Part shown: in pieces, positions 29,577 to 35,944 of the stretch
Layout of the letters: each line of letters opens with the position of its first letter
Numbering within the stretch: position 1 is the stretch's first letter
NCBI RefSeq assembly: GCF_021246445.1
Contig: NZ_JAJQXW010000004.1
Span: 248,001 to 283,944, forward strand
From: Rhabdothermincola salaria
GTDB taxonomy: Bacteria > Actinomycetota > Acidimicrobiia > Acidimicrobiales > Acidimicrobilacustridaceae
Direction: 5' to 3'
Length of the DNA: 35,944 nt
Program-made: the position numbers and the translations under genes
The notes under the pieces: model-generated
The model's database searches: none
Seen by the model: the letters and a program-made list of their open reading frames with translations, nothing else
Told to the model about the DNA's origin: nothing

Positions 29577-30371
29577 TCAGCCGGCCAGGAAGTCCAGGAC
29601 CTCGGGGAAGGCCTTGCGGTCCTGGGCGAAGAAGCCGTGGCCCCCTTCGTAGACCCGTAGCTCGGCCCCGGGGATGCGCGAGGCGATGGCCTCGCCGTTG
29701 GCCAGCGGGGCGATGCCGTCGTAGCGCCCGCTGGCCACGAGCGTCGGGCAGGTGATGCGCGCCAGCCGGTCCCACACGTCGTGGTGGGCGCGAGCCGCCG
29801 CCTGCTCGCGTTCGCCCCGCTCAGCCTCGCTGCCGGGCGCCACACCGGGCCGGTTGGCCAGGCCCTCGACGAACATCCGGTCGGCGGGGTGCTCGGCCAG
29901 CCACTCCGGGGTGAAGCGGGTGTCCATGATGCGCCGCGAGACCTCGGCCCGTTCGGCGGGGTCCATCTCGCGCAGCTCGTGCATCGGGTAGGAGCTGCCG
30001 CCCTCCCCTCCCGGGGAGGTGCACAACAGCGCCAGGCGCTCGATGCGCTCGGGCGCGGTGACGGCGATCTCCTGGGCGACCATCCCACCGAAGCTGATCC
30101 CCACCAGCCGGAAGGTGTCCCACCCCACGTGGTCGGCGAGGGCGAGGGCGTCGGCGGCGTAGTCGCCCATCGAGTACGGGCCCGGCGGGATCTCGGTGCG
30201 CCCGAGGCCCCGCTGGTCGTGGGCGACCGTGTCGAAGCGACCCCGGAAGACGTCGACCAGCATCGCGCTGGTGGCCAGGGTGGCGAACGATCCGTTGCAG
30301 AACAGCAGCCGGGGGCCGTCGCCGCCCCGCTCGTAGAAGACGTCGATCCCGTTGACGTGGGCGGTGGGCAT
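29577..30371 (-). CDS. Alpha/beta hydrolase (enol-lactone hydrolase-like)
   Basis: DQRGLG, nucleophile GISFGG, Asp in GRYDGIAP, His in GGHG. Confidence 0.88.
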   Translation of the reverse strand: MPTAHVNGIDVFYERGGDGPRLLFCNGSFATLATSAMLVDVFRGRFDTVAHDQRGLGRTEIPPGPYSMGDYAADALALADHVGWDTFRLVGISFGGMVAQEIAVTAPERIERLALLCTSPGGEGGSSYPMHELREMDPAERAEVSRRIMDTRFTPEWLAEHPADRMFVEGLANRPGVAPGSEAERGEREQAAARAHHDVWDRLARITCPTLVASGRYDGIAPLANGEAIASRIPGAELRVYEGGHGFFAQDRKAFPEVLDFLAG

Positions 30372-30423
30372 GGTCGGCGAACCTATCCCCGCCCGTGGAC
30401 GGGCGCTCGTCTCGACGCAGGGG

Positions 30424-31359
30424 TCAGGCCACGGGACCCCGGAACCCGCCGAGCATGCGTCCCATCACCGGCGACGAGGTGGGGGTGACCTCGTGGGTCG
30501 GGCCGCCCGTGACCTCGTCGAGGTGGGCGGCGATCGACTCGATGGTGGCGTCGCGATCGAGGTAGCCGTCGTTGACCGCCAACGAGACGCGGGCGACGTG
30601 TCCCCCACCGACGCTGAAGCACTCGCCGGTCACGGGGCAGTCGCGGTGGGCCAACCAACCCACCAGCGGGGCGACCAGCCGGGGGTGGAGCCACTCGCCC
30701 AGCTCGTCGCTCCAGGGGATGGGCCCGAAGCCGGTGCCGAGGCGGGTCTTGGCGTAGGGGGCGATGACGTTGACGGCGATGCCGAGCGGGGCGCCCTCGA
30801 CGGACTGCTGGCGGGTGAGCCCGACCACGCCGAGCTTGGCCATCCCGTAGACCGAGCCGTCGGGCACGCCCCCGAACGCGGCACCGGACGAGACGTTGAC
30901 GATCCGCCCTCCGCCGTTGGCCTCCATCCACCGCCACGCCGGGCGGCTGACGTTGATGGTGCCGCGCAGCTGGGTGTCGAGCACGGTGTCGAGGTGCTCG
31001 TCGGGGAAGGTGCCGAAGGGCTGCAGGCGCACCTGGCCGGCGTTGTTGACCACCACGTCGACCCGGCCCCACGCCTCGAGGGCGGTGGCCACGATGGCCT
31101 CGCCGCCCTCGGTCGTGGCGATGGTGTCGTGGTTGGCCACGGCCTCACCGCCGGCGGCGGTGATCTCGGCGACGACCTCGTCGGCCGGGTTGGCGGCCGG
31201 GGCCTCGCCACCGTCGCCGGTGTCGGTGATGGCCACGCCGAGGTCGTTGACCACGACCCGGGCGCCACGCTCGGCGAGGAGCAGGGCGTACTCGCGCCCC
31301 AACCCCCGACCGGCACCGCTGATGATCACGACCTGGCCGTCGAAGCGCATCTCGTCCAT
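30424..31359 (-). CDS. SDR oxidoreductase (MFE-2/hydroxyacyl-CoA dehydrogenase-like)
   Basis: SGAGRGLGREYALLLA.RGA.VVVNDLG, NNAG, YGMAK. Confidence 0.92.
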   Translation of the reverse strand: MDEMRFDGQVVIISGAGRGLGREYALLLAERGARVVVNDLGVAITDTGDGGEAPAANPADEVVAEITAAGGEAVANHDTIATTEGGEAIVATALEAWGRVDVVVNNAGQVRLQPFGTFPDEHLDTVLDTQLRGTINVSRPAWRWMEANGGGRIVNVSSGAAFGGVPDGSVYGMAKLGVVGLTRQQSVEGAPLGIAVNVIAPYAKTRLGTGFGPIPWSDELGEWLHPRLVAPLVGWLAHRDCPVTGECFSVGGGHVARVSLAVNDGYLDRDATIESIAAHLDEVTGGPTHEVTPTSSPVMGRMLGGFRGPVA

Positions 31360-31383
31360 GGCCGCCGAGTCTGGCTCATCGCC

Positions 31384-31527
31384 TCACACCTCGTCGCCGT
31401 AGGCCTCGCAGTCGGGGTTCTCGCAGACGAAGCCGCCGTGCTCGTCGGGGAGCGCCGTCACCCCGCAGGCAGGGCAGATCGGTGCACCACCGTCGGGCTC
31501 GAGGAGGTCGTCGTCACGGTCGGCCAT
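31384..31527 (-). CDS. 47-aa acidic microprotein with CxxC...CxxxxC (putative metal-binding ribbon)
   Basis: MADRDDDLLEPDGGAPICPACGVTALPDEHGGFVCENPDCEAYGDEV; -10-like CACACT 6 nt before ATG; fills the gap between neighbours; mostly G/C third positions. Confidence 0.7.
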   Translation of the reverse strand: MADRDDDLLEPDGGAPICPACGVTALPDEHGGFVCENPDCEAYGDEV

Positions 31528-31597
31528 CCGTTCAGTGTGGCGTGGCCCTGATCGAGGCTGGGTCCCGGACCGGACGACCTTCCCCGACGCCGCCGGT

Positions 31598-32551
31598 TCA
31601 GCGGCGGCCGAGGGGCGCTCGCCCGGCAGCCACCCAGTCGGTCGCCGACCAGATGTCGTGGTTCTCGCCCCACCCGTCCTCACCCGAGCCCAGGTCCCAT
31701 TGGACCAGGTTGAGCACGGCGTAGAGGTCGTGGCCGGCGTCGACGGCCTGGCGGTTGCGGCAGGTCCCCTCGGCCCGGAGGTGCCGCCCGGCGGCGTCGG
31801 TGGCCTCGATGACCACGCGGCGGGGGAAGTCGCCATCGAGCTCGGTGCGGCGCTCGCCTGCGATGAGGCGGGCGGCCCGCCCGTCAACCAGCCAGTACCC
31901 ACCCGTGACCGGTTCGCGGCCGGCGACCGGGTTCACGTAGGCGAAGAACGACCGGCCGTCGAGGGTGGTGCCGTGGGCGTTGCCGAGGCGCAGCCCCGGG
32001 CGCATGGTCCGAGGCCCCCACGAGCGGTCGCGGACGGTGGGGCAGTCCACGTCGAACCAGTCGGCCCCGAGGCGGACCCGTCCGGTCACCCGTCCGGGCT
32101 GCTCGAGGTGGCCGTCGAACATGCCCGGCGATTCCTCGGGTGGCACCGGGTTCGGTTCCATGCACGACTCGAACTCGACGTCGAGCTCCACCCGGTCGGT
32201 TCGGTGCCGGATGCGGTAGCGGTGCAACGGCTCGAGGCACTCGAGGTGGAACCCGTTGGCCAGGCGCAGGTCGCGGAGGCTGGGAGGGGCGTCGCCCACT
32301 GCGTCGAGAGCGTCGTCCCAGCCGTCGTGGGCCAGGTAGCGGTTCTCGCCGGTCCAGGCCGTCACCGCGCCGCCCTGGCGACCCTCGTTGGGCCGGAACC
32401 ACACCCGCGTGTGCACCGAGACATCGCGCTCGGGCAGCCACAGCGGGAACCACGCCGTCTCGATCCACGTGGGGTCGTCGCTGGTCGGCGGGTGGAAGCC
32501 GTCGTCGGCCTCGGTGACGACCAGGCCGGGGTCGTTGCCCTCGATGGTCAC
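31598..32551 (-). CDS. Hypothetical protein, AttH/CrtC/tocopherol-cyclase-like fold (DUF7064/DUF7065-type)
   Basis: W.ET.WF, CLEPL..YRI, HLEQPGRVTG, VRDRSWGPR; GTGA overlap with the kinase. Confidence 0.7.
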   Translation of the reverse strand: MTIEGNDPGLVVTEADDGFHPPTSDDPTWIETAWFPLWLPERDVSVHTRVWFRPNEGRQGGAVTAWTGENRYLAHDGWDDALDAVGDAPPSLRDLRLANGFHLECLEPLHRYRIRHRTDRVELDVEFESCMEPNPVPPEESPGMFDGHLEQPGRVTGRVRLGADWFDVDCPTVRDRSWGPRTMRPGLRLGNAHGTTLDGRSFFAYVNPVAGREPVTGGYWLVDGRAARLIAGERRTELDGDFPRRVVIEATDAAGRHLRAEGTCRNRQAVDAGHDLYAVLNLVQWDLGSGEDGWGENHDIWSATDWVAAGRAPLGRR

Positions 32552-33942
32552 GGTGCCTCCAGGGGTTGGGGGACGCGGTCGGCCAGTTCGCCGAGAAGGG
32601 GGGCGGCCAGGGCCGCCTCGTGGAGCATGTGGACGGCGAGAGCCGCGGCGACGGCGCCCTCGAAAGCGGGTTCGGTGGTCTCGGCACCGTCCCGGACCAC
32701 GGTCGCGAGCTCCGACAGGCCGTCGGACACGGACCCGGGACGACGGCCGAGCACCACGGCCAGCTGGTCGCGCTCTCGTTCGTCGCGCTCGGCGCCGTGG
32801 CGCAGGTGCCCCTCCAGGGTCCCCAGCACGCCGGCCACGCCTGCCGCCCGACCAGCGGCGTAGGCGTCGTCGAGCGCGGGCCGCACCGTGTCGTCCTGGT
32901 CGCGCCGGGCGTGGGCGACCAGGTCGGCCAGACCGGCCCGTCCGAACGTGGCCGGACTCGGCCCGTCTTGGGGGGCGAAGGGCTCGACCGTGGGACGGGC
33001 CACCCCGACGGCGTCGCAGAGCACCAGCGCCGCGGCCCGCATCAGCATGGTGCGGTACATGGTGAGCTGCGCTCGGTCGACTGCCGGGTCGTCACCGCCC
33101 AGGCCCAGCCCGATGAACATGGCGTTGCGGGTGAGGACGAGGATCCGGTACCACTCGACGACCGTCGTGTCGACGGCGGCGCCACCGGCGGCCTCGTACT
33201 CGGCGAACCGGTCCAGCAGGTGCCCCATCGGGGTGGCCATGTCGCGCACGGCCACCGCGGCCAGGTCCTCCATGGGGTCGCCCCAGTGGGCCACCTCCCA
33301 GTCGAGGACCGCCGTGACCCGGCCCGCGGCGGCCAGGAAGTTGCCCGGCCCCATGTCGCTGTGGACCAACGAGGTCGACGAGCGGCCCGCCGGGAGGTGA
33401 CGACGCAACCAGACCAACGTGATGGCGAACAACGGGTGCAACTGGTCGCCGATCATCTCGGCCACGCCCTCCACGGCGGCCAGCTGGGTGACGGCGTGGT
33501 CGGGCGCCGACGGGGGTGCGCCGAGGTGCTCGATGGGCAGGTCGTCGGGGGCGAGGGCGTGGAGGGCGGCGGTGAGCTCCATGAGGTGGCGGGCCGTCGG
33601 TTCCCGGTCGGCCTCGTCGTCCACTGCCGGGAAGTCGCTGCGCCCCTCCACCCGTTCGAGCAGCAGGGCCCCGAGCTCGCGGTCGTGGGCGTGCACGGTC
33701 GGCACCGGCACCGCCGTGGGCGCCAGGGCCCGCAGCACGGCGGCGTCGCGCCGCGAGCCCCCGCCGCGACCGAGGTCTCGCAGCACGAACAGCGCCGAGG
33801 TGTCGCCGTCGCGCTCGACGTCCACCGACCAGGCCTGGCGGCTGGCCCCGACGAGGTGGCGGCGAGCCGAGGTGACCGGGCCGCCCGCCTCCCGTTCGAT
33901 CCAGCGGCTCAGGTCGTCGGGGAGGGCGCCGTCGCCGCTCAC
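32548..33942 (-). CDS. APH/ACAD10-11-like phosphotransferase with helical C-terminal extension
   Basis: GASRQAW, VPVPTV, Brenner motif LVHSDMGPGN, VLDWE..HWGDPMEDLA. Confidence 0.88.
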   Translation of the reverse strand: MSGDGALPDDLSRWIEREAGGPVTSARRHLVGASRQAWSVDVERDGDTSALFVLRDLGRGGGSRRDAAVLRALAPTAVPVPTVHAHDRELGALLLERVEGRSDFPAVDDEADREPTARHLMELTAALHALAPDDLPIEHLGAPPSAPDHAVTQLAAVEGVAEMIGDQLHPLFAITLVWLRRHLPAGRSSTSLVHSDMGPGNFLAAAGRVTAVLDWEVAHWGDPMEDLAAVAVRDMATPMGHLLDRFAEYEAAGGAAVDTTVVEWYRILVLTRNAMFIGLGLGGDDPAVDRAQLTMYRTMLMRAAALVLCDAVGVARPTVEPFAPQDGPSPATFGRAGLADLVAHARRDQDDTVRPALDDAYAAGRAAGVAGVLGTLEGHLRHGAERDERERDQLAVVLGRRPGSVSDGLSELATVVRDGAETTEPAFEGAVAAALAVHMLHEAALAAPLLGELADRVPQPLEAP

Positions 33943-34292
33943 AGGTAGGACGTGATGGTCGTGCCGGCGTCGGCCACGTCGGCCTCTTGGGTGACGATCA
34001 CGGTCGGGCTGGCGTCGATGTCCATGAAGGTCTGCAGGTCGGCCCAGTGCTCGCGGCCAGCGTCGGTGTCGGCGTAGAAGGCCGACGTGGCCAGCATGGC
34101 GTCCATGTCGGGCCAGTGGTTCTCGGCGATGCCCACGTAGTCGGGATGGCCGGCCACCATCATCAGGCGGTTCTTGGTGATGTAGGGGTGATCGCGCAGG
34201 TCGAAGTCACGGGTGTGCTCGGTCCAGCGGGCGAAGAACTCGGCGTCGCTGATCCCCTCCCGCTTGCGCACGAACGTGAACGACACGACCAT
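33939..34292 (-). CDS. EthD-family (dimeric alpha/beta barrel) protein
   Basis: RKREGISDAEFFARW.EH, YVGIAE.HW, WADLQTFMD; SD GGGGGA; GTGA overlap with the kinase. Confidence 0.8.
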   Translation of the reverse strand: MVVSFTFVRKREGISDAEFFARWTEHTRDFDLRDHPYITKNRLMMVAGHPDYVGIAENHWPDMDAMLATSAFYADTDAGREHWADLQTFMDIDASPTVIVTQEADVADAGTTITSYL

Positions 34293-34385
34293 CCGTTCCC
34301 CCCAAGGTCAGACTCGGGGCACCATATCCGGCGGGGCTCGCCCGTCCGTCGCCGAGCGCTGGCCCGCCCCGGTCGCGCGGGGCCG

Positions 34386-35183
34386 TCAGAACAGCGTCGT
34401 GAGGTGGGTGCCGGCGTCGACGGGGACCATGGTGCCGGCGACGTAGGAGCTGTCGGGACCGGCGAGGAAGGCGATGGCCGCGGCGAACTCGTCGTAGCGG
34501 CCACCGCGGCGCAGGTGGGTGGCCTCGTCGAGCACGGCCTGGCGGTCGGGCGTCCGTACGGGGTGGGGGGCGTTGCACACCACGATGCCGTTGACGCCGA
34601 TGCCCGATGGCCCGACCTCCTTCGACAGCGAGGCCACGAGAGCGTGCAGGCCGGCCTTGCCGACGGCGTAGCCGGCACCGTTGCGCTGCCCGGTGCTGGC
34701 CACGATGGAGGACACGCACACGATGCGCCCCCAACCGGCGGCGAGCATGCCGGGCAGCACCGCCCGTGAGCAGATGTAGGCCGAAGTGAGGTTCATGCGC
34801 AGGAACGCCTCGAAGTCCGCCACCGGCGTGTCGAGGATGGAGGCCCACTGAGGTGGCCCGGCCTCGCCCGCCGAGCCCCGGTCGGCGAAGTCGACGGTGG
34901 CGGGGGTGCCGCCGGCGTTGTTGACGAGGATCGCGATCGGACCGAGCTCGCCGGCCACTCGTTCCACCATCTCGTCCACCGCCGTCTCGGAGGTCACGTC
35001 GGCGATCGCCGGCACGGCCCGGATGCCGAGAGAGGCGAGCTCGTCGACGGCGGTCGCAGCCCGGTCGGCGTCGACGTCGTTGACCGCCACCGCGCACCCG
35101 TCGGCACCCAACCGCTCGGCGGTGGCCCGCCCGATCCCGTGTGCCGCGCCGGTGATCAGGGCGACCCTCTGCACATCGGCCAT
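34386..35183 (-). CDS. SDR family oxidoreductase
   Basis: TGAAHGIG, NNAG, GRIVCVSS, YAVGK, SSYVAG; SD GAGGGGGAG before ATG 35183. Confidence 0.9.
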   Translation of the reverse strand: MADVQRVALITGAAHGIGRATAERLGADGCAVAVNDVDADRAATAVDELASLGIRAVPAIADVTSETAVDEMVERVAGELGPIAILVNNAGGTPATVDFADRGSAGEAGPPQWASILDTPVADFEAFLRMNLTSAYICSRAVLPGMLAAGWGRIVCVSSIVASTGQRNGAGYAVGKAGLHALVASLSKEVGPSGIGVNGIVVCNAPHPVRTPDRQAVLDEATHLRRGGRYDEFAAAIAFLAGPDSSYVAGTMVPVDAGTHLTTLF

Positions 35184-35449
35184 CGCGTTCGCACTCCCCC
35201 TCGTCGTCGACCCCCGCAACAAGGCAGAGAGCGTCCCTCGGATCCATCCTGCCCGGTGCGCCCCGCCCGCGGCGACTCGTCAGACGCCGGTGCAGGGGCC
35301 ACGAGGAACGCTTCCTGACCGAGCTCCTCGACCGCGCCGTGGATCCCGCCTCGACGGACGAGAACACCGGCTGATCCGAGATCGACCGTGCCGGGCTAGC
35401 CTGGCCACCCGCTTCCGTCGGCGGCACTCGTGGTCGGCGAAGGCACCTC

Positions 35450-35523
35450 GGGGCTGTAGCTCAGCTGGCTAGAGCACCTGCTTTGCAAGCAGGGGGTCGT
35501 GGGTTCGAGTCCCATCAGCTCCA
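35450..35523 (+). tRNA. tRNA-Ala(TGC)
   Basis: GGGGCTGTAGCTCAGCTGG...CCTGC-TT-TGC-AA-GCAGG...GGTTCGAGTCC..CAGCTCC-A; G3:U70 pair; CCA not encoded. Confidence 0.97.
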
Positions 35524-35547
35524 CCGCACTGCCCCACCGGTCGACAG

Positions 35548-35563
35548 GTCCGGGGCCCCGGAC
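35548..35563. terminator. Perfect 16-bp palindrome downstream of tRNA-Ala
   Basis: GTCCGGGG|CCCCGGAC between the tRNA and a convergent ORF; no U-tract. Confidence 0.35.
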
Positions 35564-35651
35564 GAGGCCCGACGAGGACCTCGGCTCCGTCCCGACGGTT
35601 GCGGCGACGACTCGTGGAGGGGATGGGCGACGGATCACCCGGCGGCGGCGC

Positions 35652-35942
35652 TCAGGCGGCGGTGACGTAGACGGCGATCGGCGTCCCGTCCTCGGCTCGG
35701 CCGAGCAGGTCCGGCGGCCGACGCCGGCGAAGGCCGCCGGTGAGACGGTTCCGGGGCTCGATCCGTGGGCTGCCGGCTTGCGGGGTCGAGCCGGAGCCGG
35801 GTCGAGAACCGGGACCAGAGCCGGAGTCGGAATCGGAATCGGGGCCGGGGCCGGGGCCGGGGCCGGGGCCGGGGCTCGCTGCATCGGCGGCCCGCCCGGG
35901 GCCTTCGGTCGCCCCGGTGGTGAGGCCCGGGTGGGTGGAGCC
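35652..35942 (-). CDS. C-terminal fragment of a CDS entering from the right edge, low-complexity tail
   Basis: Open frame GSTHPGLTTG...SPGPGPGPGPGPDSDSDSGSG...DLLGRAEDGTPIAVYVTAA-stop. It is absent from the ORF track because its start lies outside the window. Confidence 0.5.
   Translation of the reverse strand, partial: GSTHPGLTTGATEGPGRAADAASPGPGPGPGPGPDSDSDSGSGPGSRPGSGSTPQAGSPRIEPRNRLTGGLRRRRPPDLLGRAEDGTPIAVYVTAA
35841..35875 (+). repeat. (GGGGCC)n hexanucleotide tandem repeat
   Basis: Five perfect GGGGCC units plus GGGGC, preceded by degenerate hexamers GGAGTC GGAATC GGAATC. Confidence 0.9.
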
Positions 35943-35944
35943 GT

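Noticed and set aside
32548..33942. Aminoglycoside resistance kinase
   Set aside because: Length, motifs and metabolic neighbours fit the ACAD10/LvaA-like branch of the APH superfamily.

Overview
High-GC actinobacterial chromosome segment; the gene repertoire (Thr-rich lipoproteins, ccrA-mce, prfC, hppA, MprAB-like two-component system) suggests class Acidimicrobiia, which is an inference. Left: LLM oxidoreductase (partial), GH36 alpha-galactosidase and an ABC exporter, then tRNA-Ser(CGA), tadA, a di-iron ferritin-like gene, tRNA-Ser(GGA), SRP RNA and dnaX-ybaB-recR. Middle: thiolase, a coiled-coil protein, ccrA-mce (ethylmalonyl-CoA pathway), xseAB plus polyprenyl synthase, a hydrolase/pseudo-hydrolase pair, prfC, a beta-propeller protein, a CDF transporter, a K+-independent membrane pyrophosphatase, the two-component system and an FKBP lipoprotein. 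Right: an uncharacterised catabolic-looking cluster (epoxide hydrolase-like, hydrolase, two SDRs, a 47-aa Cys4 microprotein, and a translationally coupled EthD / LvaA(B)-like kinase / AttH-CrtC-fold trio), tRNA-Ala(TGC) and a partial low-complexity CDS. I see no integrase, transposase, CRISPR array or defence system. The best candidates for undescribed biology are the kinase/AttH-fold/EthD operon, the Ser-to-Gly pseudo-hydrolase pair, the di-iron protein between two tRNA-Ser genes, a Scy/FilP-like hendecad coiled coil, the Cys4 microprotein and OmpR-type boxes in a divergent promoter. All family calls come from motif recognition by eye, not from database searches.
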